Below, in pieces: positions 38,204-47,734 of a stretch of DNA of 64,000 bases. The DNA lies in NCBI GenBank assembly GCA_021786315.1, contig JAJYNN010000002.1:31370-95369 (forward strand), in the 5' to 3' direction. Made by a program: the position numbers and the translations under genes. How positions within the stretch are numbered: the stretch's first letter is position 1; every line of letters begins with the position of its first letter. The notes beneath the pieces were generated by a model that saw only the letters and a program-made list of their open reading frames with translations, ran no database searches and was not told the DNA's origin. This DNA is from a bacterium. GTDB lineage: Bacteria > Patescibacteriota > Microgenomatia > Daviesbacterales > UBA10151.

Positions 38204-38529
38204 GGGTTTGTTTTAATGACCTCGAATCCTTTCAGGCCTAAAAACTCCGGCACAAATTGGATAATTAAAAACATCAGCATTAATAGTATAAAACCTATAA
38301 TAGCATGGATAATCATGTTCCGGGCACCAGAAACGGCATTTTTATCGCCCCCGGAGAGGACAAACCTAAAGGCTCCAATTAAAAAGTAGATAATGACGGC
38401 CAGTGCAGCAATGGCAAATCCCGGGCCGACTAATGCACCCATGACACTGGCTAGTGAATCATAGTTGCCAAAGCCATAAGCATCTTTTAAATCAACACTG
38501 GCAGCATAAGCAGTCGGAATGAAATTCAT
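38200..38529 (-). CDS. pilin-like small membrane protein, paralog P2 (the track ORF 38200..38640 is probably N-terminally over-extended)
   Basis: VLSGGDKNAVSGARNMIIHAIIGFILL motif; start ATG overlaps the stop of P1 (ATGA). Confidence 0.5.
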   Translation of the reverse strand: MNFIPTAYAASVDLKDAYGFGNYDSLASVMGALVGPGFAIAALAVIIYFLIGAFRFVLSGGDKNAVSGARNMIIHAIIGFILLMLMFLIIQFVPEFLGLKGFEVIKTNP

Positions 38530-38864
38530 GGCGTTGTTACGGTTGTTATCGGTATATCTTTTGGTTTGGCCAGATCCTCTTTTAAGAATTGGCTGATAGC
38601 AAAAGCTAGAATCAGTATAACAAAACCAACGATTGACCAAATGATCCTTTTACGGGCATAGGACAAACCTTCCTTACTACCTCCGGCAAAGATGTATTGG
38701 AAAACTCCCCAGGCAAACCAAAAAAGCATTAAAAATCCTCCGACCATTAACGCCAGGTTCAAAAAAGCGGAGATTACTCCTCCTAAGGTAGGTTCTTTAA
38801 TGGCAAAACCCGCCCCGGTTTTTATTGGATCAGCATCAAAAATTGCTTTAAGTCCTGGAATCAT
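38526..38864 (-). CDS. pilin-like small membrane protein, paralog P1
   Basis: IFAGGSKEGLSYARKRIIWSIVGFVIL motif; start overlaps the stop of the upstream adhesin-like gene. Confidence 0.5.
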   Translation of the reverse strand: MIPGLKAIFDADPIKTGAGFAIKEPTLGGVISAFLNLALMVGGFLMLFWFAWGVFQYIFAGGSKEGLSYARKRIIWSIVGFVILILAFAISQFLKEDLAKPKDIPITTVTTP

Positions 38865-40318
38865 GGTTTAAACCCCGGTATTTGTAGTATATCAACACCA
38901 ATAACTCTAAGAAGCATGATAGCTAAAAGTAGAAAAAGTAGCCCAATAGCGGCGTTGACAAACTGATCCTGAGCTCTTTTTAGGTTATCTGGATTCCCAC
39001 CCGAAATAATCCATTGAATTGCCCCAAATATCATTAGCAGTAAAGCAATACCCCCACCAATACCAGCTGCCACTTTAACCAGGCTTTTAACTAAAACAGA
39101 GGGGTCAGTAGGAATACAGCCAACAGAAGTGGAAATCCCTCCTCCTGTAACACCGGCTTGAACATCACATGGATCACCTGTGGCTTTACTGCAACTAGAT
39201 CCTGAGCAATTAAGGGTAGTGGCGGTAGGAACCACAGTTGTGGGTCTCGGCCCTTGGTATTTTTGGACAGTAAACTGAGTGGCAGGACATGCTTCATTTC
39301 CGTTTTGATCATAAAGTTTTAGTGTTGCTGAGTAACCTTCTGAAATTCCTTTGCCGACTACCATTTGGAAAATTTGGCCGTTAGGTCCTGAATTTAGATT
39401 ATCAGCAATAGTGGTGGTTGTTCCTGAATTTATGGAATCAAGTCTAAAATTACTATTTTTAGGAAGGTTTGTAGCGGTGAAGGAAATATTGTCTTGTACT
39501 GTTGGTTGGGAAGGATTAATCAAACAGGTTGGTTGGCGGGTTATCTTTACGGCCCGATAAGTGAAGGTTGTAGAATAGGAACAGGTTAAACCCGCAGTCC
39601 CAAGAGATATTGAACGACCGTTTTTAACGGTTGCACAAATCTTCTTTTCGCCAATCTTTTTAAATCTGTCTCCATCATCACCAGGATTTAAAGAGATGGG
39701 GGTGTTGCTGCTGGAAGGAACTGTTGCCTCTTGGACAGAGAAATGATCTCCTTCCCACCAGAAAAGATAAGCGTTTCCTGGGTTAGCGTTAATCAAAAGG
39801 ACTTGTGGTGTTTCACCTAACTCCAGTTCTTGGATAACAGGTTCTAGTTGGACAGTACTGCCGCCTTGTTGCTGAACTTCGAATGAAGCTAATGCTACAA
39901 CATTGGGGTTACTACTTGGATCTCCTCCGCAGTCACTAACTTGAGTTGCAGCACATACTTTGGCGTACCATGCACCCAAGTTATTTCTTCCTATAGAGCC
40001 TTGAAATAAGTTGATACTGGCGGTAATTGTATGTTCGTCCGTCGGCTGGACGTCATGAACGATATTAAAATAGTTGGCGTAAAGGCCTACATTATTTTGG
40101 GCGGATTGTGGATATAGGATGACTTTATGGTTGGTTGCAGTAATAAATGATGAACACTCGGAGCTGGTTGTGATGGTCATTGAATTTCGGTAATCCGGAT
40201 CAGTAATTATTGAAGGAGTGGCAGTATAGCTACAGGCAGCAAAAGCATTTTTAGGGGTAAAAAGCTGAGCTAAGACTATAACTACGAAGAAAGACAATAA
40301 AGTTAAGAATTTAGGCAT
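38861..40318 (-). CDS. large secreted protein with C-terminal pilin-like domain (candidate minor pilin/tip adhesin)
   Basis: Signal peptide, ~400-aa Cys-containing beta-rich extracellular region, C-terminus IISGGNPDNLKRAQDQFVNAAIGLLFLLLAI matching the P1-P5 motif. Confidence 0.5.
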   Translation of the reverse strand: MPKFLTLLSFFVVIVLAQLFTPKNAFAACSYTATPSIITDPDYRNSMTITTSSECSSFITATNHKVILYPQSAQNNVGLYANYFNIVHDVQPTDEHTITASINLFQGSIGRNNLGAWYAKVCAATQVSDCGGDPSSNPNVVALASFEVQQQGGSTVQLEPVIQELELGETPQVLLINANPGNAYLFWWEGDHFSVQEATVPSSSNTPISLNPGDDGDRFKKIGEKKICATVKNGRSISLGTAGLTCSYSTTFTYRAVKITRQPTCLINPSQPTVQDNISFTATNLPKNSNFRLDSINSGTTTTIADNLNSGPNGQIFQMVVGKGISEGYSATLKLYDQNGNEACPATQFTVQKYQGPRPTTVVPTATTLNCSGSSCSKATGDPCDVQAGVTGGGISTSVGCIPTDPSVLVKSLVKVAAGIGGGIALLLMIFGAIQWIISGGNPDNLKRAQDQFVNAAIGLLFLLLAIMLLRVIGVDILQIPGFKP

Positions 40319-40381
40319 TAATCCCAGCTTAGCCTACCCTTGATTTCTTTGCAATATTAGGTGAGCTTCGTGTGGTAAAAT

Positions 40382-42139
40382 TTGGATATGCCCCGGTTGA
40401 ACCTTTTCCAACTTGCCGTAATTGTTGCTTCCCTAATTACCAGCTACTTTATACTAACTACTTTTGCCAAGGCTGATGAAATTGATGATTTACAGAAACA
40501 AATTGATTCCCTAAACAAGGCTCGGGAGATGTCCATCGCCGCTACCAAACCCCTGGAGGGGCAACTGGATTCTTTAAAAATACAGTTGGCCCAAATCCAG
40601 CAAAAATTACAAAACCTTTCCTACAGCATTTCCCAGAAGGAAATTGATCTTAAGCTTCGGGAAGATAAATTGGTGACCCAACAGGCCCTGCTTTCATCCC
40701 GGGTCCGTTCCTACTACATCCGTTCATATTCAGCTACACCGTTATTGGTTATTTTTTCTTCTGCCTCATCAGGTGACTTATTCCGTGACCTTTCTTACCG
40801 CCAGGCTGCTACCCAGGAGGACCAAAAAATCATTACCACCATTACCACAGAGATGTTGGATTTAATTACCCAAAAAGAAAAGCTGGAAAAAGACAAAGCC
40901 AGTTTGGCCTCGCTGCAGTCCCAGGTGGACAAAAATGCTACCTTTTTGGCGGGGGAGGTAGGAAAGGCGAAGGCTTATCAGCAAACTTTGTCCACCCAAA
41001 TTGCCCAGCTTTCTGCCCGGCAGCAGCAGCTATTAGCCCAGAAGTTAGGAAGCTTGAATTTGCCCATTTCGGCTTACGCGATGCACGGTGGGTGTTCCGA
41101 TGACCGGAATACCGATCCCGGTTTCTCCCCCCGCTTTGCCATGTTTACTTATGGTGTGCCCAACAGGGTAGGGTTGAGCCAATATGGGGCCTGGGGTAGG
41201 GCCAAAGCCGGCCAAAATGAGGACCAAATTTTGCGGGCCTACTACAACTTTGATGGCTACCAAAACGTAAATACTGGGGTCAATATCCGGGTCAATGATT
41301 CCAACGGCTTTAACTCCGGCAATATTATTTGGAGCGGAAGTTTGGAAGACTATATAAAAAGAATCTACGAGGTGCCTGATTCCTGGTCAGATAATAATTT
41401 AGCGGCCTTAAAGGCTCAGGCAATTGCCGCCAGGTCTTATGTTTTGGCGGCGACCAATAATGGCGCTTCCTCGATTTGTGCCAACGAAAATTGCCAGGCT
41501 TTCCAAACTAATCCCAAAGGCGGCAACTGGGAGTCGGCGGTGAATGCTACCTCGGGGAAAGTTATGGTCCAGGGTGGCCAGCCGATTAAGGCTTGGTTTT
41601 CCTCAACTCATGGAGGATATGTCTTCAGTTCGGGGGAAATTGGCTGGAGCGGAACTTCCTGGACCAAACATGCAATCGACACCACTTCCGGATCAGCCGG
41701 AAGTTTTGCTGATTTGCAAGGCAATGCCTACGATAAAGACTCACCGGTATTCTATTGTGACTGGGGTTCCCGGGCCCAATACAATAAAACTGCCTGGTTA
41801 AAATCCAGCGAGATGGCGGATATTGTTAACTCTATTTTGCTGGTCCAATCCGACAACTCTGCCGATTCCCATATCCTCCAAACGGATAAAGGCTATCCTG
41901 ACGCCTGGGATGAGAGCAGGGTCAGACAGGAATTATCTAAATACCGGACTCCTTTTAACAGTATTTCCTCAGGGAGTGTTGATGCTGACTTTGGGAACGG
42001 CAGGACGTCTACGGTGCACTTTAGTGGTGACGCCGGCTCAGTGGACTTTCCCGGGGATGTCTTTAAGAAATACTTTAACTTAAGGGCTCCCTCAAACATT
42101 AACATTGTCGGCCCCCTTTACAACCTGGAGAAAAGGTAA
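40382..42139 (+). CDS. membrane-anchored coiled-coil protein with C-terminal SpoIID/LytB-like peptidoglycan lytic domain
   Basis: N-terminal TM then ~200 aa of heptad-rich sequence; C-terminal ALKAQAIAARSYVL...CANENCQAFQ...KAWFSSTHGGYVFS matches SpoIID/LytB conserved blocks. Confidence 0.65.
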   Translation: MDMPRLNLFQLAVIVASLITSYFILTTFAKADEIDDLQKQIDSLNKAREMSIAATKPLEGQLDSLKIQLAQIQQKLQNLSYSISQKEIDLKLREDKLVTQQALLSSRVRSYYIRSYSATPLLVIFSSASSGDLFRDLSYRQAATQEDQKIITTITTEMLDLITQKEKLEKDKASLASLQSQVDKNATFLAGEVGKAKAYQQTLSTQIAQLSARQQQLLAQKLGSLNLPISAYAMHGGCSDDRNTDPGFSPRFAMFTYGVPNRVGLSQYGAWGRAKAGQNEDQILRAYYNFDGYQNVNTGVNIRVNDSNGFNSGNIIWSGSLEDYIKRIYEVPDSWSDNNLAALKAQAIAARSYVLAATNNGASSICANENCQAFQTNPKGGNWESAVNATSGKVMVQGGQPIKAWFSSTHGGYVFSSGEIGWSGTSWTKHAIDTTSGSAGSFADLQGNAYDKDSPVFYCDWGSRAQYNKTAWLKSSEMADIVNSILLVQSDNSADSHILQTDKGYPDAWDESRVRQELSKYRTPFNSISSGSVDADFGNGRTSTVHFSGDAGSVDFPGDVFKKYFNLRAPSNINIVGPLYNLEKR

Positions 42140-42165
42140 GTTATTTATGATATTATCCACCTAAG

Positions 42166-42738
42166 ATGGGCTTCTCGCTTTTTCCCGCTATCTTTGACCG
42201 TCCGGAAAAAATTGCTTTTGCTGATCAGGAAGAGGACGAATATATTGAACTCTTTTTAAGGCACCACTGGGTAACAAATGTCTCCTGGGTTTTTATCGTA
42301 ATTTTAGGTTTTGTTTTACCGATGGTGGTAGTGAACTTGCAGGTAGTAAAGGATTTATTGGTTTTCTCCAGAATGCCAACCGAAATTTTTCTCTCCCTGC
42401 TTCTTCTTTGGTATATGTTTATAGTGCTTTATGCCGTCTCCCAGTTCCTTCACTGGTACTTTAATATTTACATTATTACTAATAAACATTTAGTGGATGT
42501 CAACTTTGTCAATTTGATGTCCCGGGATAAAATCGAGGTCCAACTGGATGATATTCAAAGTGTAAAATCTACCCTGAAAGGGATTTTAGGCTCTTTATTT
42601 AATTTTGGGGATGTGGTGATTGAGACTGCGGCTGAAAAGCAGAACATTAATTTTTATGCCGTTCCTAAACCGGATTTTGTTACTGAAAGGATCCAGGATT
42701 TGCAGGAGGCGGAAGAGAGGAGTAATAATGCCGGTTGA
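42166..42738 (+). CDS. membrane protein with bPH_2 (YdbT-like) domain
   Basis: Two TM helices then the TNKHLVDVNF...IxLDDIQSV...VVIETAAEKQ pattern, similar to ORF 43..636. Confidence 0.5.
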   Translation: MGFSLFPAIFDRPEKIAFADQEEDEYIELFLRHHWVTNVSWVFIVILGFVLPMVVVNLQVVKDLLVFSRMPTEIFLSLLLLWYMFIVLYAVSQFLHWYFNIYIITNKHLVDVNFVNLMSRDKIEVQLDDIQSVKSTLKGILGSLFNFGDVVIETAAEKQNINFYAVPKPDFVTERIQDLQEAEERSNNAG

Positions 42739-42976
42739 AAGCCAGCTTTTTCCCCTAACACTGACTCCAATGGGAAGTTTTTGGTGGATTGTGAAAGCAG
42801 GGGTGGTTATCTTATCCCTTTTTGGTTTTGCCTTTAGTTTAATTACCCTCCGCCAGGTAAATTTAATGACGGACACCTTAATTACCGAAAATGCCGGCCT
42901 CTTGCGGGCATTTGCTATAATCTTTGCAGGTACCTGCCTAGGGTTAACGATTCTTTTTATTGGCTTGTTGTTTTAA
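42728..42976 (+). CDS. small two-TM membrane protein
   Basis: 83-aa ORF starting at an ATG that overlaps the upstream stop (ATGCCGGTTGA); internal part of track ORF 42620..42976. Confidence 0.4.
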   Translation: MPVESQLFPLTLTPMGSFWWIVKAGVVILSLFGFAFSLITLRQVNLMTDTLITENAGLLRAFAIIFAGTCLGLTILFIGLLF

Positions 42977-42982
42977 AATTGT

Positions 42983-44797
42983 ATGCTGAAAACAGCAAAA
43001 GTAGTGGGTCTAAATTCTGATACTGCTGCTGCCTTAGCTTTAATTTCTCCGTGGTTTGTTAGCGACCAGGGTGAGGGAGGCCAAAGATTCTTCCTTTCAA
43101 TTGTTTCCTGTGAATGTGAAGATGCTTTTTCTAAAGTCCGGCAGTCGCTTTCTTTAGCTGAAGAGGAAGCCATTACTTCCACCGAGCCGGCAGCTTTGCG
43201 CTTGCCGAAGATTCTGGGGCAAATAAAGGACTATTTAAAAGATGCTGATAATTTTGCAGCACTTTTAGTGGCGGTAGTTGAGGACAATGAAGGGACTGCC
43301 CTTTATCTTTTATCGGAAGGGGAGGGTTTAATTGCCAACCTTTGTCGGGATGGCAAAGAGAATAATTTACCGGGATTAGGCGATGGCCAAGTGGTTTCTG
43401 GGATTTTAAAAGAAGGGGACAGGATTGTCCTTTCTACCCAAAGTTTAGCTGATTTTCTTGGTACCCATTCTGTATCTTTAAGCAAAATACCAATCGAAAA
43501 CTTTGAGGATGAGGTTGAAAGCTTTTTGCCGGAGGCCCAAACGAATCCCCTGGCAGCTATTGTTTTAGAAAAAGAAGTTGAAGTTAAGGAAGAATCAACA
43601 GAACCAGTCTTAAAAGAACTAAATAATAAAATTGATATTCCCAAACCTTCACTTCCCAGAATTACCCCAAATTTAGGGGGAGTGTTGCAGGCTATCCGTC
43701 CCCACTCCAAAAAATCCGTGCTAATTTTGGCAGTTGCTATACTTTTGGGAGCAGGAATTGTCGGAGGTGTAACTTACAAGAAAAGACAGGATGCAAAAGT
43801 TACAAGTCAATTTACCCAAGCCCTAAATCAAGCCAGGGAAGCAATGGATAAATCAAATTCCGAAAAAGACAGCGACCCCCCGGCAGCTTTATCCGCTTTG
43901 GCGGACGCCAAAAAGTATGTCCTGGAAGCATTATCAATTAAACCTAACCAATCAGAAGCCCTGTCTTTAAAAGATCAAATTGAAAAAGCTTCGCCGGCAA
44001 TTTTAAAGGTCAACAGCGTCGAAAATTTCCCAGTCTGGTTGGACTTAGGTTTAATTAAACAGGGGTTTAGAGCTTCCAATCTTTCTTTATCCCATGGCAA
44101 TATCTTAATTTTAGACAACAATAAACAAACTTTAGTGAGTATTAACACAAAAACCAAATCTCATGAGATACTGGCCGGGTCAGAGAAGATTGGTGAAGCT
44201 AAAATTACTTCCCTAAATGGGGGAGTTTCCTGGATTTACTCGGATGATAAAGGGCTATTAAGGATTGAAGACGATAAAATTGTCAATGTGGCCAAACAGG
44301 ATAAGGACTGGGGGGATATTGCCGATATTTACGGTTTTGCCGGTAACGTCTATGTTTTGGATGAAGGGAAAAACCAAATCTGGAAATATATGCCGATTGC
44401 CAGCGGGTTTTCTGATAAGCGGGAATATTTGCAAAGCGGGGTGAAGGCTAATTTTGCCGGGGCCAAAAGGATGCAGATTGAATCCTCCATCTATATTCTT
44501 AAAGGGGGAGGGGAAATATTGCGGTTTACCCAGGGAAAGCCTGACTTTTTTGCCTACTCGGGTTTGGATAAGCCGGTCAAGGATGCCCGCAGTTTCTTCG
44601 TTTCCTCGGAAACCGACAATTTATATCTTTTGGATGGGGACAATAGCAGGCTTTTGGTTTTGGATAAAAAAGGCGCCTATAAAGCCCAATACCAATCCGA
44701 TAAATTCAGCCAATTTAGTGATCTGGTGGTAGATGAGGAGGGTAAAAAGGTTTATTTACTTGATGGTAGTAAAATATACTCAATGGATTTGAAATAA
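42983..44797 (+). CDS. single-pass membrane protein with C-terminal repeat (beta-propeller-like) domain
   Basis: Central TM helix (~aa 240-262); C-terminal recurring YVLDEGKNQIWKY / LYLLDGDNSRLLVLD / VYLLDGSKIYSMDL blades. Confidence 0.4.
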   Translation: MLKTAKVVGLNSDTAAALALISPWFVSDQGEGGQRFFLSIVSCECEDAFSKVRQSLSLAEEEAITSTEPAALRLPKILGQIKDYLKDADNFAALLVAVVEDNEGTALYLLSEGEGLIANLCRDGKENNLPGLGDGQVVSGILKEGDRIVLSTQSLADFLGTHSVSLSKIPIENFEDEVESFLPEAQTNPLAAIVLEKEVEVKEESTEPVLKELNNKIDIPKPSLPRITPNLGGVLQAIRPHSKKSVLILAVAILLGAGIVGGVTYKKRQDAKVTSQFTQALNQAREAMDKSNSEKDSDPPAALSALADAKKYVLEALSIKPNQSEALSLKDQIEKASPAILKVNSVENFPVWLDLGLIKQGFRASNLSLSHGNILILDNNKQTLVSINTKTKSHEILAGSEKIGEAKITSLNGGVSWIYSDDKGLLRIEDDKIVNVAKQDKDWGDIADIYGFAGNVYVLDEGKNQIWKYMPIASGFSDKREYLQSGVKANFAGAKRMQIESSIYILKGGGEILRFTQGKPDFFAYSGLDKPVKDARSFFVSSETDNLYLLDGDNSRLLVLDKKGAYKAQYQSDKFSQFSDLVVDEEGKKVYLLDGSKIYSMDLK

Positions 44798-44915
44798 ATT
44801 TTCAAGTACCAAGTACCAGTTTTCAATCAATATCCAATAACCAATTTTCCAATTTAGACGTTAAAAAATTGAAAATTCATTGGAAATTTAAAATTATGAA
44901 TTTAAAATTATAACA

Positions 44916-45356
44916 ATGAGGATTATCAACAAGCGGGCACTGCATGAGTACCATATTTTAGAAACCTTAGAAGCTGGGGTGAGGCTTTCCGGTGCTGAAG
45001 TGAAGTCAATCCGCTCAGGCAGAATTGATTTGGGCCAGTCTTTTGCGAGAATTTTGGATAATGAAGTATATCTAATTAACGCCAATATCCCTCCCTACCA
45101 AAACGCTCCGATTAAGGATTACGATCCGATCAGGAAAAGAAAACTTTTATTACATCGCTCTCAAATTGATTCTTTAATAGGAAAAGTATCCCGGGGTGGG
45201 ATGGTTTTGGTGCCGGTGGCAATTTATGAAAAACACAATTTAATGAAGGTTGAGTTGGGTTTAGGTAAATCCAAGAGGGAAGTGGACAAACGCAAGGTTA
45301 TTAAAGAACGCGACCATCTCCGCCGGGTGGAACAAGAACTGCGGGGCAAGGAGTGA
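44916..45356 (+). CDS. smpB: SsrA-binding protein
   Basis: Full-length SmpB pattern (GxxVKSxRxGxxxL...LLLHRxQI...); followed by tmRNA. Confidence 0.9.
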   Translation: MRIINKRALHEYHILETLEAGVRLSGAEVKSIRSGRIDLGQSFARILDNEVYLINANIPPYQNAPIKDYDPIRKRKLLLHRSQIDSLIGKVSRGGMVLVPVAIYEKHNLMKVELGLGKSKREVDKRKVIKERDHLRRVEQELRGKE

Positions 45357-45405
45357 TCTAGGAAAATTTGATTCCAGGCTCAAAATTTGCTAAAATACAC
45401 ATCAC

Positions 45406-45804
45406 GGGGACGTACAGATTCGACGTTCTGGCACTTTAAAAACTGCAAGCCGAAAAGGAAACCTTATTCGTAAAATACGGTTTCAAAAATAAATGCTAAG
45501 GTAAACACCTTCGCATCCCAGGTGCAAAAGTTTGCACTCGGTGTATTTTCTACACCGCAGCGCTACGCTCTAGCATAAGGGTACTTTAGGGTAATGTCTG
45601 TCTGGCGCAATCCTTAAGGTAAGTACAAAGCCAGGTTGCAAAAATTATGGTGTTGGTTGATCCGTAATTTTTAAAGACAACTCAATCAAGTTTTAGTTTT
45701 CCTGCTAGTTTGGTTACAACTAGAACTTAAAAATTAACTAGCTAAGCTTGTAGAAGTTTTTACTCTGTTAGTACACACAGGGCTCAATGCCCTCGTCTCC
45801 ACCA
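45406..45804 (+). ncRNA. ssrA: tmRNA (ssrA)
   Basis: 5' GGGGACGTACAGATTCGACG pairs with 3' ...CGTCTCCACCA (acceptor stem with G3-U wobble, Ala identity); internal tag ORF ends ...FSTPQRYALA-TAA; directly downstream of smpB. Confidence 0.8.
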
Positions 45805-45831
45805 TTTTTCTCTTTGTGGCATGATTAAGAT

Positions 45832-46527
45832 ATGCCACATATCCTTGATATCTTATTTCCTAAGCTCTGTGTGGGTTGTCATAAGCTTGGCACCTATTTT
45901 TGTCCCAAATGTATAAACAACATTGCCCAGGGGGAGTTGGTGTGCCCAAATTGCGAAAAAGCGGCTATTGGGGGAATGACCCATCCGCTTTGTAAAAAGA
46001 GGTATGGTTTGGATGGGCTTTGGAGTCTGGGAATTTATCAGGATCCTTTAAAGAAAGCGATCCAAAAACTCAAATATAAATTTGTTTCCCAGATTGCCGA
46101 AACGCTTTTGGATTTAATGATTGTTTATTGGGCCAAACACATTCCGCAATTTTTGGAGGAGATTAAAAAGGATAAGGGAGTAGGGTGGGTGGTAGTGCCG
46201 GTGCCCCTACATCCCAAAAGACAAAAGTGGCGGGGCTTTAATCAATCAGCCTTATTGGGAAAAATGTTATCCCAAAAATTAGGTATGGAATATGCTGAAG
46301 CTTTGAAGCGTACCCGTTACACTAAACCCCAGGTAGGTATAAAAGCTTGGGAAAGAAAACAAAATATGCACAATGCTTTTGCTCCGAATTTAAAATTTAA
46401 AATTGAAAATTTAAAATTTCTCCTGGTAGATGATGTCTGGACTACCGGTTCAACCCTAAAAGAATGTGCTTATGTCTTAAAAAAAGGAGGAGCCCAGAAA
46501 GTCTGGGCAATTACATTGGCTAGGTGA
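45832..46527 (+). CDS. comFC: ComF family protein (ComFC-like phosphoribosyltransferase)
   Basis: N-terminal CxxC...CPxC zinc finger; C-terminal PRTase block LLVDDVWTTGSTL. Confidence 0.8.
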   Translation: MPHILDILFPKLCVGCHKLGTYFCPKCINNIAQGELVCPNCEKAAIGGMTHPLCKKRYGLDGLWSLGIYQDPLKKAIQKLKYKFVSQIAETLLDLMIVYWAKHIPQFLEEIKKDKGVGWVVVPVPLHPKRQKWRGFNQSALLGKMLSQKLGMEYAEALKRTRYTKPQVGIKAWERKQNMHNAFAPNLKFKIENLKFLLVDDVWTTGSTLKECAYVLKKGGAQKVWAITLAR

Positions 46528-46626
46528 TTATTGATCCTGAATTTGATAAAATTGTCAGGCATGGAGAGGTCGCATAAGACATCTTTGCCTTCAGCAAAGA
46601 ATCTTGAGCTACTCTCTGTTGTAAAA

Positions 46627-46716
46627 GGAGAGGTCGCATAGTGGTCTAGTGCGGCGCAGTGCTAATGCGCTGACCCCGTAAGGGGTCCGTGGGTTCAAAT
46701 CCCACCCTCTCCGCCA
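46627..46716 (+). tRNA. tRNA-Ser(GCT)
   Basis: Type II cloverleaf with long variable arm; anticodon loop GTGCTAA; encoded CCA. Confidence 0.85.
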
Positions 46717-46718
46717 AA

Positions 46719-46803
46719 GGAGGGGTCGCATAGTGGTCTAGTGCGGCGGTCTTGAAAACCGCTGTCTCGCAAGGGACCGTGAGTTCGAATCTCACCCCCT
46801 CCG
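46719..46803 (+). tRNA. tRNA-Ser(TGA)
   Basis: Type II tRNA; anticodon loop CTTGAAA; 2 nt after the previous tRNA. Confidence 0.85.
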
Positions 46804-46850
46804 CTTCACATCTTGCAGTTTGTTTCCTATTCATCTAATATGTAGAAGAT

Positions 46851-47063
46851 ATGTTACCTGGATTGGCGGATTTCTTAAATGTTGGTAATCAGTGGCTAGT
46901 TCTTTTAATTGTAATTTGGGAATTGGTTTGGAAAGGGCTTGGACTTTGGAAAGCAGCCAAGAATAACCAAAGATATTGGTTTATAGCCATGTTTCTTTTA
47001 AACACCATCGGCATTCTGCCGATTGTCTACCTAAGATTCTTTCAAAAGAAAATGAAATCGTAG
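46851..47063 (+). CDS. small two-TM membrane protein, hypothetical
   Basis: 70 aa, two hydrophobic helices. Confidence 0.3.
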   Translation: MLPGLADFLNVGNQWLVLLIVIWELVWKGLGLWKAAKNNQRYWFIAMFLLNTIGILPIVYLRFFQKKMKS

Positions 47064-47076
47064 TATACTTTGGGTA

Positions 47077-47691
47077 ATGCCCAAGTTCTTTACCAGGAAA
47101 CCTTCGCTAAAAGAAGAAACAATCCCTGAAGCTGTCAAGCTGCAAACTGAGCCTATTAAAGAAGAAAAGCCACTTCCGGAAACCGAGGATGAAACTTACC
47201 TAATAAAAACCTATCTTAGCTGGACAGCCCCTTCCCGTCCTTTTCGGAAAAAAGACCGCTCCTATTACACCACTATTGCTATCATTGTCATTTTGTTAGC
47301 CTTAATTTTGCTTTTAGCCAAAGAAATTTTGCTAATTGGGGCGATTTTAGCAGCAGCCTTTGTGGCTTATGTGTTAGCTTTTGTGCCCCCTGATGATGTG
47401 GAATATAAAATTTCTTCCCAAGGGGTAACCATTGGAGGACATTTTTATTTTTGGAATCATCTGGATAGCTTTTGGTTTGCTGAGAAAGAAGGGCAGAGGA
47501 TTTTACACATCCTAACCCATTTAAAGTTTCCCGGAGAATTAATGTTGGTTTTGGGGGGACAGGATGAGGAAGAAATTAAAAAAGTTGTGGCCAGGTTTTT
47601 GCCGTTTCATGAAATTGCCCCCAAAAGTTTGATGGAAAAGTGGGGTGATTCGCTGCAAAAACATTTTCCCCTAGAAAATCCTCACCGATAA
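47077..47691 (+). CDS. membrane protein, hypothetical
   Basis: Charged N-terminus, two central TM helices. Confidence 0.35.
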   Translation: MPKFFTRKPSLKEETIPEAVKLQTEPIKEEKPLPETEDETYLIKTYLSWTAPSRPFRKKDRSYYTTIAIIVILLALILLLAKEILLIGAILAAAFVAYVLAFVPPDDVEYKISSQGVTIGGHFYFWNHLDSFWFAEKEGQRILHILTHLKFPGELMLVLGGQDEEEIKKVVARFLPFHEIAPKSLMEKWGDSLQKHFPLENPHR

Positions 47692-47734
47692 GTATTAGAT
47701 TCTAGGTTCCAGTTGTTGTAAAATTCACCTGTAT

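Noticed and set aside
46381-46420. Tandem AATTTAAAATT repeats
   Set aside because: Inside the comFC coding sequence (APNLKFKIENLKFL); AT-rich coding low complexity rather than a regulatory repeat.
46646-46834. 62-aa minus-strand ORF
   Set aside because: Lies entirely within the two tRNA-Ser genes; artefact of tRNA sequence.
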